Shown: positions 12,304 to 26,401 of the stretch, piece after piece
Layout: each line of letters starts with the position of its first letter
How positions within the stretch are numbered: position 1 is the first letter of the stretch
From: Lama glama
Taxonomy: Eukaryota
Reading direction: 5' to 3'
Assembly (NCBI GenBank): GCA_028534125.1
Contig: CM052816.1
Location: forward strand, 76,200,001-76,264,000
Length of the DNA: 64,000 nt
Position numbers and translations under genes: made by a program
The notes under the pieces: generated by a model
The model's input: only the letters and a program-made list of their open reading frames with translations
What the model was told of the DNA's origin: nothing
The model's database searches: none

Positions 12304-13074
12304 ATTCCTTTAAAACCAAGTATGGTTAGCGTATAGAAAATCAGCCTTCCAAAAGGGAGGGGAAAAGTATGCTTCCTGGATGTTTGGCAGAGCTGTGATC
12401 CAGAGAAGATATATGATCTGGTCAGTCTGGTGTTTCTCCAGTGTAAACCACATGCCAGCATGGGAAAAGTGAGAGTAATTGTATCTGTTTTTTGTGGTCG
12501 ATGTCACACTGAGGTGGCAGAAGCAGTAGCCTTACATTTGCCTTGTGATTATTAATGGTTCTTCACATAATTTTATGAAAGCCCAATGGGCAGCAGAAAG
12601 AGCTAAGCAATTAAATCTGAGTTTGCTGAAAATATTTTACTTGAGGAGTCATTGAGAAGTCTGATTTATACTCATATTAAGGAGTCGAGTTTAGCATACA
12701 GCCTGCTAAAATCCCTGACAAATTTGTATTGTTAATGCCAGTCCCCAAACCAAAAGGTTATAAAAATTCTGCTAGTATATTCATTTTTACTACTTTTTGG
12801 TCCTAAGTAATGTGAATATGAAACTATTTTCATCAAATATGATTCATTGTTACTTTTTGGTAGTGTCCTAGTAAGGATCAAGGTTTTTGTAATTATTTCC
12901 ATGAAAAATTATTATGTGTGAGTCTCTCTTGTGTGAGTTTTCCTATATTGATTCTATTCTAAATTTATTGTAAAATTTGCTTTGAAACATTTCCTTTAGA
13001 TTGCCAATTCTACCAGTCATATCAATAAAAATAAGTAAGTGGAGAATCCAAGCTTTGACATCTACTACACTAAG

Positions 13075-13245
13075 AATATTTGTGACACAATCTTGGGCAA
13101 TTGATTAACTTAGATATCTCGTAACCTTAGTCAATCCAGAAAATAGCTGATAACACCTGTCTTGTACAAATACTATGAAGAAACAAAATAATGCACGTAA
13201 TATACCTAGCTCACAATAAGTATTCAGTAAATGATAGCTCTTATT
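13075..13245 (+). mobile_element. MIR SINE
   Basis: cttgggcaattgattaac..., ending in acaataagtattcagtaaatgatagct. Confidence 0.6.
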
Positions 13246-13897
13246 CAAGATTTATATTTGCTAATTATAAATTTTGTTACTTCAAATATCAAGAGATGAC
13301 TCATCAAATTAATTTGCTTAGTAATGACTGTGACAAAAAGCTATAATTTAGCTTTCATGCAAATCCGACTAACTTCTTGTGTTATCTGAGTGTTCAACAG
13401 ACCAGTTATTCGTAGACCTGGATAGATATGCATCTGCTTAAAAAAAACAAGCTATTTTACTTTAAAGAGATGATGTGGGCATCCTATCTTTTAAAAGATG
13501 GGTGGGAGTAGGAGTGGGGCAAGTCTTTAAAGGATGACATTTAATGTCTTGGTGAAAAATGTGCCCTTGTTTTTGTGCAAGTTTAATTTCATTATCTGTA
13601 TTTTAGATCCCATCTTCTGTCTTTTGAGGAATTTGGCTGAATTACTCTCATCCTTATTTCTGTCTTCTCTCTTTTCCCCAATATTGTTTCTTTCTCATTA
13701 GCTTGCATCTTTTCTATCTTAAAAACAGACCACAAATAAGCCTTGATATCTGCTTATATCTCACCTGTCTTAAAATCAAACCCTAAATAATACACCTTGA
13801 CATCTCCAGTCCTCTCAGCATGTGTGTGTTCATGCGTGCTCACACACAAATACACACACCCCTAAAATAAAGGTATTCTCCAGATGCGATGCACAAG

Positions 13898-14020
13898 GCT
13901 GAGGTTCTCAAACTTTAGCAAGCATCAGAATCCCCTGGAGGGTTTTAATGTTGCATCACAACCCAGAGTTTCAGACTCATGAATTTTCAGGTGATGTTTA
14001 TCTTGCTAATCAAAGAGTCA
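13898..14020 (+). mobile_element. MER5A hAT-Charlie MITE
   Basis: ggttctcaaactttagc..gcatcagaatcccctggagggt...cccagagtttc.gactca...caggtgatg. Confidence 0.7.
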
Positions 14021-14160
14021 CCAGGGAATAAGGCACACTAAGACATCACTGGAAGTGAGAAAAATAATATCCATCAGACCTCCTTTCAGGGAGAGCCCTG
14101 TATGTATGTTGGGTAGAACTTCTTTTGCATTTCCCTTTCCCTAGTATAAATTATAATTGG

Positions 14161-14352
14161 CAATGTGCTGGTAATTTGGCTGTCCGAAAATAAATTGACC
14201 TGATTTGAAGCATTTGCTGATTTCCACAGTGTGAATACTACTACCATGCCTTATTTCAAACTACAAATGTGACATCAGAGAACTAGGAATTAGGAATAGA
14301 GGCACACATTCACTCTTGGAAGCTAGTTGGTGCCAGATCCAGCACACTACAG
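14161..14352 (-). mobile_element. MER63A-like hAT MITE
   Basis: Terminal inverted repeats tgtgctgg / ccagcaca. The internal ttgctgatttccacagtgtgaatact...accatg...tttcaaactac matches the reverse of the recalled MER63 consensus. Confidence 0.75.
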
Positions 14353-17300
14353 GTAAATGCAGACATCTTTTATTAACAGAGAAGCTCTGATGGACAGAGG
14401 TGAAACTCAGATAGTCTCTCTTTGCCTGTGGACTTTCTCTTCCTTGTCTACCATCTGACTTCATTATTCTCCTCTCTCCATTGATCTTTGTTCTGGAAAA
14501 CCGTAATGTGGCTTTCTGTTCAATGCCAGAAATTTTATATGTATGTATAGATTGTTATTTGAAGTGCAGGGTCTAATAGCCCATACTTTATAAAAAGTCC
14601 TCAATCTAGGGTCTAAAATAGAAGGATCTGGTTGAAAAGATTGGAGATAGGAATGGGGGTGGGGGGGACAGACACCAGTGTATTGTGAATTTTCCAGAAC
14701 TTCTATTTCAATCTCACCTTTGTTTGACTGAGCCCAGAAATTATGTGGATAATTTACACTCTCATTACCCAAACTTGCAATTTATAAGCATTCCGGATAG
14801 ATTTATGTATTTTTTTTTGACCTTAAAGTTCTCTTCAAGTCCCCAAGAAACAGGAAAATAAGGAAAACTGAAGGCAGCGAGGATTGGCAGTGATGACTGT
14901 TCTCTTTCTCAAGAGTGTCCGTGGTTCAGGCTGGTCTCTTCAGTGGAGCTGATCAGGGAACAGAAGGCAGCCCTGTGCCAAAGGATGGAAGCTTGATGAA
15001 AACTTCAGACCTACTTGCCTGGAACAGCAGGAGTGCTGTCTAATTGTTTTATAAGATCATAAAACTAAGCCCAAAGAGCACTGGAATTATATGCCCTCTC
15101 CTAAATTCCAGGTTCCTAGTACTAGCCAAGGTGCCCTGCTTTTTACTTGAAGTGAAAAACAGACCAAAACAACTTTAAATTATTTTAAAATGTAGTTTAT
15201 CAGATCTAAAAAATATTGAGAACAATTTTGTTTAGAAAATTTGCAATCATTTTAATTTCAAGAATGTAGATTTTGTTGCTCATTTATTTCATACAAAGTA
15301 GAAGATGGCAGGAAGTGGCTAGGCATGCAATTCTGTTTGGAAAAGCAGAGGCCTGATACTGGTCTGGAATTTCCCCTTGATTCTACACTTGACAATGAGT
15401 TATCTTTATGGAAAGTTTTGAATGTGGCGGGTTATTAGTACAAAGTTGAGAAATAGTTGCTTAGGTTTTACCTAGATCAGTTGAAGTTCTGGGTAAGAGT
15501 GACTCTCAATCTTAAAAAAAACAATGTCCCAGTCATATTTCAATAAAGATAAGTCTACCTGTACCTAGTATAGCACTTATTCTCTGTAACTTTCTCAAAG
15601 TATATTGTCTGAACCTTTTCCCTGGTAGTTATTTAAGGTAAACAATCTTAGCAAATGCAAACAGGATCATCATAGGATATGAGCAACTAGAGAAAATTTA
15701 TGTTCCAGAACCTCATTTCTCAAGTATGTGGAATCCCAGGGAAGAAAATTTTGTTGTGGAAAAGAGGACTAGGCAAACTAAACCCCCAAAACAAAAACAA
15801 ATAGGGATTGATCTTCGAGAAATGCGGATGAAATCATGTGTCCTGGTCAGAGTCCACAGGATTTTTCCCCATCTCATTGAAGCCACAACTCTTCCCCTTC
15901 TCCATTTATATCCCCCCACCCCCAGTGCTTCAACATTTACCTAGCTTTATTCCCTTTGTGTAGCTGTTCTTTAGGATCTTTTTCTCTCTGTAGTGTGAAT
16001 GGTTGATAGAAAGGTAATATGTGAGACACTTTCAGGAAAATTCCCATTTCAAAAGGGATCTTTCAGAGATTCTGTGAAGATAAATGATAACATCTATAAT
16101 TGTGGAATTCCTTTATCAATGGCAAGAAGATAAGGGGACATTCTTTTGAGCATGATTTTTACAAAGCTCCTTAACTTGAACCATGTATTTCTAAGGCTGG
16201 CCTTAATTTGGAGTTACAGACATTATTATAAATGCTCCATTAAATTTTCAATTTAATGAAAAGAAAGGAAAGCCCCCAAAAATCCAACTGAAAATTCACC
16301 TTTTTTTTATTTGTAAATTTTAATTTAGTGTTTAACCTTTTGAGTGATTTTTTTTTTTTTTACTAAATGGACTTGAAACTTATTTCCTCCAGACAATGTA
16401 AATGTATTTTAAAATGCATCTAAGATCTCAAAGAACCTTTTATTTCTTCTCCATACAAAATATAAGATATGATTCTGTCATTTTAATTCGTGTCCCCAGG
16501 CTTTGCCTGATGGGTCTTCTCTTCTCTTTAGTTTCTCATCACCTGCCCTTGTCCCTTATCATGGAATTTCATTGCCAACAGTGTTCCCCTGTTTCTAGAA
16601 ACATAAATAATTACAGCTAAGCATCTGCATTAAAAAAAATCTATTTATAGTGCTGGCACCAAGGGTTAGGGACTAGCTGAGTCACAGGGTCATTGGGAGA
16701 AATTTTCTTTGGACATTCACCAGTTTCCTTCTGGTTTTGGTTTTCCTCACTGGCCACCCTGATTGTGCCCTTGCTCCCAAACAATATTTTAGGTAAATCA
16801 TGTTTTCCTTCTTACTGATTTTCAGATGTCTTGGCCTTTTTATTCCTTACTCTTTTTCCATCTTTGAAAGTTAAATTCTTGGACATGATCCCCTGAGAGG
16901 TATCTACTTGTCAAGACAAATTCTGCAGGAGAAACACCTAATAACAACCTCCAACATCAGTGGGACCAGAAAGGCTGATAGCAATTTCCCAGTGATCTTC
17001 TGATTCTATTTTTTTTCCCAAGTGAAAAAGAAGTGCTCATAAATTACTTATGTACTTGGAGTATATGCCACTTCAGGTATTTTTCACTGCAAAATCATTT
17101 CAGCTTTTAAGAGGCCTAGACTGTGGTTAGCTACCTGACGTCATTCTTTTGATCCTAATAAAATACTTATGTCTGTTCTAGCCTAGTGTTGGTTTAGTAA
17201 TGGGGTGATATCACAAAACCCAACAGATCATTGAGTACTGCCACCCACCCCCTACCCTAATCAGATCCTCTTCCTTTATTTCCTTACGTCATGTGACTGA

Positions 17301-17729
17301 ATCACCCTTATCTCAACATGATTAATACTACTTTTACAATAACTGTCCTAAAATGTCACTGTGACCATGTCATTCTCCCATTATGTGCCTTGCATTAAAA
17401 ACAGCAGTAACAACGTAGGCTGATAATTAAGTACAATTTAGCCAGAGCTAAACTTTCTGGTCTCTTCTTTTACTATTTAGCTACTCAACAAGTGACACAA
17501 ACTCATGGCTTTTCCCATTAAAACCAAGATTTTAATCATGGTTTGATTGAAGTAAGAGTGATTCAGGACATGCCTTGGTGATGGTGCTCTTGTAGTTATC
17601 CTTTTCCATGACCTCTTGACACTTTCCTTAAGGCCTCTGTCGGATCACATTTCCGTTATGAGGTCTCTGTGGTCATCACCTCTGCATCTGTACCCCCATC
17701 ATTCTCTAAAATATCCTTTGGATAGGCTT

Positions 17730-17930
17730 TACAGTACTAGTTCAGACAGACTAAGTTCAAACCCTAACTCTGCCTATTACTAATTTCATGACTTTGAACA
17801 GACTGCATGTCTTCTTTGAGCTCTATTTTAAAAAAATCTATAAAATGGAGATAATATTTTCTTTTAATGTGAAGATTAAATAAAATACACATAGGCCTGG
17901 CATATATTAAAGACTCTATACACATTGTTC
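17730..17930 (+). mobile_element. MIR SINE
   Basis: cagacagactaagttcaaaccctaactctgcc..tactaa...tctataaaatggagataat...gtgaagattaaataa. Confidence 0.7.
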
Positions 17931-20315
17931 TTTTTTTTGTAATGCTTCTTTGATATTAATTGTCCTCATGCTTGTATTCCAGCCATTTGAGATCTTGATC
18001 CATCCTCTACTTAATTGCACATCCAATCGAGAATACTACTTATTGTTGGATGAATCAAAATGACAGCAAAGTACCTAATTCAGGAGATTACCTGGAGTGC
18101 TGAGACTGATTCTTTTAGGATGAATTAGATCTCCAAATAGATTTAACATCCATAAAGAGATGGCAACACATGGCCACTCCATATCTCCTGGAGCCACTAG
18201 GTTTCTGTTACCGCAGCTAAAAGTGGTCACCTGAACTGATACCCTCTATGGCTTATTTGATCAAATATATAACAAAATACTGAGAATACAAAAATATAGG
18301 GGAAGAATTAGAGAACTGGAAGAAATGAGAGATGAGCACGGAGTTGAGGCATTCATTGTTCCTGCATGTTGCACTAAGTGTATACACTCAGGATGAGTCC
18401 TAACAGGGAAAATAACTGTCATATAATTAATTTTTTCAAGAATCAAAGTTCAAACAAAATTATTTGTATGACAGAAAAAATGTAAGTATGTAGTTAGAGA
18501 GAGAGAGAGAACTTTCTGAGACCAAAAATAAGTTAATAATGTCACAGTACAAATGTGCTCTGAAATGCATTTAATGGGTGATAAGTATTCCGTCCAGATC
18601 ATGTGTATTTCACATACTTTTGAAATTGGAAATTTTAAAATTTTTATTACATGGGAAAGAACTTTCTACAGAGTTATCTCCAGGTTTTAGGAGGGAAAAA
18701 CAAAGCCCCTTTCATGGATTTTCTTCAAAATTATTGAAGAAGAATATATGTGGCTCTTTTGTTTTCTAAAATTTATGTAAAAATTAAATTCTAGAATAAA
18801 CTTTTACTATTAGAGGAGTCAAATTATTGTCATCTTTATATGAAAGAGATTGAATGAAGTAACATCCTTGATGGTCTCATTCAGTCCTTGGCAGTAATAG
18901 AGAAATGTTTGAAAATCACATTTAAATGAATTACACAGTGAGATGAACTTTAGGCCTAGGAGTGAAACAGAGGAGATCTGTTTTCATGTTGAGGGAGGAT
19001 AGGGTATACCCACAGTTAGTTTACTGGTTATTTGTAAAGAGTGGTTTCCTAATCACATCAAAGTATATAAGCAAATGTCACACTGAGTATGCGATTCATC
19101 TGAAAACAAGAAACTTCCTATAATATGAATCCTAAAGTGTTGTGCAATGTGATCATGTAGGTTGAAATGGGGTTTGTCTTTTTGGGGTTTCCAACTTTAA
19201 TTTCCATTTGTAGACCTCAGATCTTCTTTTTAAGTGTGTGTAACATTTGGTCAATTAAAAGACAAATCACCAAATACTGAATCTAGAATAGCTTTTTTAG
19301 CAAGTTTCATTTCTTGTGGAAAAGGTCATCTGAGCAAAGAAAAATGTGCCAAGAAGTGGTGAAACTGTGCTTCTGATTGGGATTTCTGGAAGATGTGGAT
19401 CCTACATCTCATTTCACACTCTTGTAGTCAGCAGTCATGAAATAATTATATTTTTTTTCCCTTTTAATCTCTTTGTCACTAACTCAGTAGCTCTCTTTTT
19501 ATTATTTCCTGGAAGGAAAAAACGGCCACTTTTCCACTCAAAAATGAATTTGTTTTTGATTTCTGTGAATTCAAATACTTCTTTATCAATCCTCTGTTTT
19601 ATTTCTCATTGGACTCTTCCTTATTGCATCTTGTTGTATTCTGAGATCCCATCACAAAATAACTTCAGACATGGCTTAATGTGGAATAAGAAAACAACAA
19701 CAACAAAAAAAAACAAACTGTGTCCCTGGAGATGCTACTTAGATCTCTTGGATTGGTCTTTTCCCATCTTAAAAATTATAAATTTTTTTCTGCTCATCTC
19801 AGTAGGATACAATGAAAACTATAGGTGTCAACAAGTGTTGAAAAGCTGAAAACTCAGCACAAACATTAAAGCGTTTTTATTAGATCCATGCATTTTAGCA
19901 TTCATAATTTGAACATGCTTCCTTCTCTTAAAAAATTATTTATATCACTAAACATTTTCCTTTTCCTTTTCCTGATGGGCATAATGATGTGCGTCTTTGG
20001 CCAATCTAAGTCTTTTATGTTTATTTTCACATTGAATGTGAATAGCAAGAAAAAATACTGTCTATGCAGAAATTAAAAAAAAATACCCAACAACTTTAGA
20101 ATAAGCCCATTCAGTAACCTTCAGGCCAAAATGGAAATTTTGCTTTACATGTGTATACTTAATTCTTCCTGCCCAACTCAACCTATTATCCCTAGAATAT
20201 GAATCTTTATCAAGTCGGGTGTAGGGTGGTAGGAAGAAGTAGAGAAATCTGGACCAGGAAGTGTGTGAGGGTTGGGCTCTGGTGACGTCTAATACAATAT
20301 TTCTTTAGCCTCTGT

Positions 20316-20545
20316 CTGGTTTTCTCAGCCTCAGCATGATGAACACTTTATATCGAATAATTCTTTGTTGTGGGGGCTGTCCTGTGCATTGTAGGGTATT
20401 GGTAGGATATCTGTCAGCGTTCCTGGACTCTACCTACTATTTTCCAGTAGCACCTTCTGCCATTTCTGTAGAGATAATCAAAGATGTTTCCAGATATTGC
20501 CAAAGGTCCCCTGGAGGGCAAGATCCCCCAGATTGAGAACCTCTG
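20316..20545 (+). mobile_element. MER20 hAT-Charlie element
   Basis: ataattctttgttgtgggggctgtcctgtgcattgtagg...tccagatattgccaaaggtcccctgg...ttgagaacctctg. Confidence 0.9.
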
Positions 20546-22299
20546 CTTTAGCGTAACTTCACTGCAATGAAAAATTACACACACCTCTTGCTTCCTAGCT
20601 GGGTTTGTGATAGAAAATCAGAAGGTAGACAATTAAAGCTGATTAATCATTAAAGATAATTGATGGCATGTATTATGGAGAAGACCATGTTATCCCAATA
20701 AAGGATTCTTATTAATGTTTAATGTACACTAATGAGCCTTGTAAAAACATATTTACACTATGAAAAGAATTTTCATTCCCAAACTGCTTACTGTTCTGAC
20801 TTTTCATGAGTGGTTGTGAACTCAGATATGAGCAGAAGTAAAGAGTTTTGATAGTCAGACCTTTAGCCAGGATTTTCACCTTTAATGTTCTGATTAAAGT
20901 ATGTTCTGCTTTTTGAAGCATTTCCTTGACTCTTCTGGATTTCATTGTTTTTTCTCTTACTGTCACTACTATCTCAATCTTGGGCATCAATTACGTATTG
21001 CTTTATATTATTTTCTGATAGTGTAAAACATATCACCATTGTTTTCCCAGTGAGATGACAAGATCTCTGAGGGTAACACACTTCTCTTTTATCTCTTATA
21101 ACATCAAATATAGTGTCACACTCATTATGTAGCATAGTTTGAAGACGAGCAGAGGTGGACTCGACTGAAGGCTCTGGCACCCAGACTGGGTGAGCCGGCA
21201 CAGGTGCTTGATCTCCCACGTGGAATTACTTCTACAGGCCACGTGTTTAAATGCACAGCTAACTTCTGTGCATTCTAAGCAAGCCTCTGATTAGAGTTTA
21301 ACTGTCTATCTAACTTTCCATTTTGCCTGGAAGGAAAGGATATATGCTAGCCCAATTGTCTGGATCTATGATTGCTATGGTACTTACTATGGATGAGTAC
21401 TTAAGAACCCTAATTTTGTACATCCGTCTCTTGTAAGCCTAGTTCTAAGACAGTGTTTAAGAGACGGACCTCTCCCGTTATACTGACAAAATCAGATTTC
21501 CGAACTATAATGCCAAGGACTTTGGAATGTGGGAAATGACAGAGCAGATATCACATCATGAGGCCACTTAGAGGCCTTCCTGGAAACCACCAATCTCCTT
21601 TCAGAACCTCTTCAAATTTCAGGTCAGTTGGTAAACTAGCTCTTGAAGGATTACAGTAATGAACGTAATAGAGGATTTACCCTATTGGAGTTCACCTTCA
21701 AGTAGTTTTCAGGTTACATACCTTGATATATTTACTGTTTTTTAATACTCAGAAGTGATTTAAAGTGATACAATCAATCAATGCTTATAGATTTGTTGAT
21801 TAAAATAATTCAAGAAAATTGAAGTAGCATTGTGTATACAGAATGATTTCATACAGCTTGATTTCAAAGCTTTGGACTTAGGTAAGCAAGTCAAAAAGAT
21901 TCTCTATGACATTCTTAGCTTTATGGTCTGTTTTATGTAGAGAGCAAACTGGGGAGAATTTTGTGAGCTGCAGTTATGAAAACCTATTTCTCTGTATTTC
22001 AAAAGATATTTAATATTTAAAAATTTGAAAATAACTGAGTCTAGTATATTAATAAAGATATTTTTAAAGAAGGGAGATTAGGAGAATTACATATTGATAA
22101 AGGAAACCCTTATTTGATTTTTGGTCTTTGCTATTTTAACGAAAGTCTTACCTTATTTTCGAGCCACAATTTAGCCAAACTTTTAGTTCAGTCAGTGACT
22201 TTTCCTGGCCTCTTTAATGCCGTGTTGAAGTAAAGGCTGTTGTGATATTTCCAACAATGGCAAAGCATAATTTTAGAAGTAAAAACACCGGTGAGAACA

Positions 22300-22460
22300 A
22301 TAATTTCTTGAGCACTGACTGTGTGTCAAGTCCTATTCTAAACTCTCTTAAATCATCTCATTGAATTTTCAAAGCAACTATATAAGGTAGATACTGTCTG
22401 AGTGCGCAAATGAGGAATATTAAGAAACTTGCACGATAACACATAGTAAGTGGTAGCACC
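22300..22460 (-). mobile_element. MIR SINE
   Basis: ttcttgagcactgactgtgtgtcaag...aaatgaggaa...aacttgc...acatagtaagtggtag. Confidence 0.6.
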
Positions 22461-22959
22461 CTAAAAGAGAGTTTTGCTGCTCAAGTTTTGGAGCCTTCTT
22501 TCACCATTAGCTCATTAGGCTTCTAGGGTCACAAGAAAATGTACTGATGCAGTAACTTGCCAGCTGTAGCTTGTAGGAGGTAATGCAGCTTAAAAAGGAC
22601 ATTTCTGACCTTGGCCTAAGCTTGCTTTTATGATAAATTATTTAATCTTCTTTTCTCATCTAATTAATACTATGTTTACTTTAGAAGATATCTAAAATGA
22701 TGTGCCCTGAGGTGACTTCCAAGCCAGGGTTTCCAAATTCCATTCCCGTGTTCTCCGGGGCTGCAGGGAAGTGGCTCAGTATCGTTATGATAAAGGGAGG
22801 TGAGGGGGAAAAGCCAGGGCATCAGGTTACTGCAGCCCACAGTTCCACTAAACAGCTTCACTTCTCTTTGTTTTCAGCAGTGGAATACCTTCTGTATATT
22901 TCACAGGGCAGAAAATATCAGTTACCTGTCTTTTTAAAAAAAGTTTTAAGATTACCTAT

Positions 22960-23090
22960 CTAGCTGACTTCTGTATTTAACAAAGGAAACTGAGGTGAGG
23001 AGAATTTAAGCAATTGGCCCCAAATCTCACATCTTATCCGAGAGAGAGCCCAGGTCTCCTAACATCCAGTTCAACCTCCTTTCCTCTACT
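22960..23090 (-). mobile_element. MIR SINE fragment
   Basis: aggaaactgagg...aagcaattggcccc...gagcccaggtctcctaac.tccagttca. Confidence 0.55.
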
Positions 23091-23404
23091 CAGTATTGGT
23101 AACCTACAGGAATCCAGTGCTCGTGTGATACATTTGGCTTGTCAGACCCTGGGCTGCCACTCCACAGGCCCATTCTGGGGTTGCTGCTGATTCACCTGGC
23201 CTCCATCTACTACAGCAGCAGAGGCTCCAGGAACGTGTTCTTTGACCCAACCTCTACTTGCAAGTGCAGGACATAGGCTCTGTCCTGCCTTCTTTAAAAG
23301 CCTCCTTGAGTTTCAGCACTGTACCGACACATTGTTTAAGGGCAAGAGTAGCTCAAATATTTTATGAAGACAACTGGACTTGGAAACACAACTAGGCAAC
23401 CTGC

Positions 23405-23920
23405 TTCGTTCAACAGATATTTTTGATGCCTGCCATGTGCCAAAATCATTTTGAGCACTGAGGATACACTAGTAACAAAATAGATAAAGAGCCCTGATGT
23501 CATTGAACTTAAAGACAGTAAGGGTCAAAGGAATGAATTGAGCAGAGAAGGAATGGGGAGTATTGGGAAGTGCATTGCTGTTTGACATAGTGTGAGCAAG
23601 ACATCAAGCAGACAGTCTTTGGGTCAAGACCTGAGAGAGGTGAGGGAGGAAGGCACACAGATGTTGTAAGGAAATATGGCCAGGGGAAAGGGAATAGCCA
23701 GTGCAGTAGCCCTGGGAAGTAGTAGACTCTTCCACATGTTTGAAGAGCAACCAAGAAGCCAGTGTGCATGGAGTCAAGAACAACCAAGAAGCCAATGTGC
23801 ATGGAGTGAAGTGAGCAGAATGAGTGAGGAGGAGAACAATGGGAGATGATGGCAGAGAGGCCAGGAGGGAAGGGTGGGAGCCATGGTGTCAGCTCCCAAT
23901 TTGTAAAGACTTTGACTTTA
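23405..23920 (-). mobile_element. L2 LINE 3' end
   Basis: ttcgttcaacagatatttttgatgcctgccatgtgcca (reverse of the L2 tail), followed by typical L2 antisense sequence. Confidence 0.8.
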
Positions 23921-25149
23921 GTCTGCTTGTTGATTAAGAAAAGCACTCATGCTTACTCATAACAGATTTATTTGTCTCTAGTGAGGGTAATGAAATAGCA
24001 CAGCTTATCTTTTATGTTGAGACATGTCCACAGATGAATTACTGATGTGATAAAAATCTAAGAGATGCTATGATTTCTTATCTTTTATGTATATATAGCT
24101 AATTATGTTTTTTAAAGTCTAAAGATGTTGTATAGATATAGAATTAATAAAAAACCTACCAGGTAGTTTTGTCAAACAGCTTTATTGTATTAACTTACAT
24201 TAATAAAATTCATAATCAGAATATTTCATATTTCATACTATAACATGCCATCTCTTGTTATGATTTTTGTTTGTCTCTGAAACACTGGGCTCTTTCTTAA
24301 AATTCTGGGTCCATTTTCACTTTCCTTCTTGCCCTTCTTTGATGTTTGCAATTTCCAATGGACTATGAAAGAATAGACGCCCTCCCATAGGACTAAATTC
24401 TCCACGGCACAGATAGTACATGATCAAACACCAACATATTTCCAATTTTGTACAGTTTGGAGAAGAGCATGCATCTGGAGTTTGAACTGTGTACTTTCTA
24501 CAATCTTTGCATTAGCTAACACAAATTAAGATTTCCGTTAAAATGAGATCATTCCGAGAAAAGACGTATTTACAGGGAAAGGGGAAGATGTACTCATGTT
24601 ATTGCCAGATGGGTAACAGTATTTTCCAGGAAGTTGATATTTTCAAGTTAGGAATGGTGGTTTTCAGGATTGCTATTATTAAGAGAACACTTGTATGTGT
24701 GTATGAGAGAACTTATTGAGTTTTAATCTTGTCTTGATTTCACTATTGTTACAAATGACATTATGATTCATGCTTACAGATTAAAAGATCAACTAGTCCC
24801 CAAGAGTGATTCATTCTATAAACAGAATTGATTTATATGTCCCAAGTAGCCAGTTAGGCTCAAAAACCACTGTCTCGTTTTGAGACTGTCTTGTTGGGTC
24901 TCCAAGAAGGCAACAGAACAGAGCGTTAATTCTGTGTCCTATGGAATCTGATTCTTAACTTTCATTATGGGTAGTTCTGTGACCTCAGTTCTTCCAACAG
25001 ACTGGTATTGGACACTAATAATAATAATATCCTCATCTTAGATAGGTTCCTGATAAACTTATCTAATTATCTTCCAGTTACTGCCAGATTTTACCACTAA
25101 CCTCTTGGGTGAGTGACTAGATTTCTGTTTATTTAGCTTACAACAAGAA

Positions 25150-25350
25150 CAAGAACTTGGATTGACTGAGTGCTTATCATACACGAGGTGCTTTATAACC
25201 ATACTTTCTTTAATAAAGGTTTAATAATCTCATTTTATGGAGAAGAAACTAAAGTGTAGATATTTTAGCAACTTGCTCAAAACCACATAACTATCAAATG
25301 AATGGACCAGGATTTGAACCCAGTTCTGTTAGATTTCAAAGCCCAAGCTC
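25150..25350 (-). mobile_element. MIR SINE
   Basis: tctcattttatggagaagaaactaaag...gcaacttgctcaaaaccacata...ccaggatttgaacccag. Confidence 0.75.
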
Positions 25351-26399
25351 ATAGTTATGGTACAAGATTACTGTGCACAAGGCAGGTGCTTAGTTAATGA
25401 AATTTTTCTCAAGATACTTGTTAAATTGTCCAATTCATTGCTAGAACTGAACAGTGAGAATACATCTTGTCATCAGTTTGCTTAATACCAACAGAGACAA
25501 AAAGAGTCTCACTGGCATATGTGTTGATTTGAAATAGAACATGGCAATGGACAAAAAGATTTTCCCCCTACATTTGTAATCATGAATCAGAGGAAAGTAA
25601 AGGTTTTTTGTCTGGTCAAAGATAAGAGGCTCTTGTTGTGAATTAAGAGTGCTTCTATTTTTCTTTTCTCCATGAAGCATAACTTCTTATGTTAGAAAGC
25701 AAATTATACTATGTTTTGGAGGACTAAAATGGGAAATTAATGACACTCACAGCTTTGTTTGAGATGACTAATAGAATATTCTGTACTTGTGCCTGGTTTC
25801 AAGTAAAGGTAGATGACATGTCACTGATAATTCATGATACATCTTGTTCTTTTCCATCCTACTTTTCAAAGGCACTTACTTTTAGAGTTGACTTTCTATA
25901 GCTAAGGATATATAAAGATGATTATTTTCAACAGCCAAAGAAATACCTCCTGCTTTTTTCTCCACCTCCTGCCTCTGGAACCACAAAAGTCTAGGCCCCA
26001 TTTCCCAGAGGTTCAAATTCATTAAGTCTGTAATTTAGAAAATTTCTACTGGTGATTTGGTTAAGTGGCAAGAACCAATATCTATGAAAATCACCTCCAG
26101 ACTTGTTACTCATGCCTCTCTAAAATCCTAAGAAATTTTTTTTCAATCCTGTAAAATTTGGTATTTTTCTTTTTCCTCTTATTCCTAAACCCTGTGTGTT
26201 CACTATGGATAAGTCTCCATACTGCCTTCCCTGGAGTTGAATAGGATGAGGATAAATTATAAGTAGGCTTTATTTTCCAGAATTTCTTAGCTAAGAGCCA
26301 GTGTTTCAGAACACTTGAGTCCTAGAGAATCCCTTTTATCCATATATCAGATATAGAGGAAGTATTTGCAAAGCCATTTCTATGATCATGAGCCCAGGG

Positions 26400-26401
<2 letters not shown>

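Noticed and set aside
19346..19849. 167-aa plus-strand ORF
   Set aside because: Non-ATG start, low-complexity F/L/I/K-rich composition from T- and A-tracts, no motif and no splice support.
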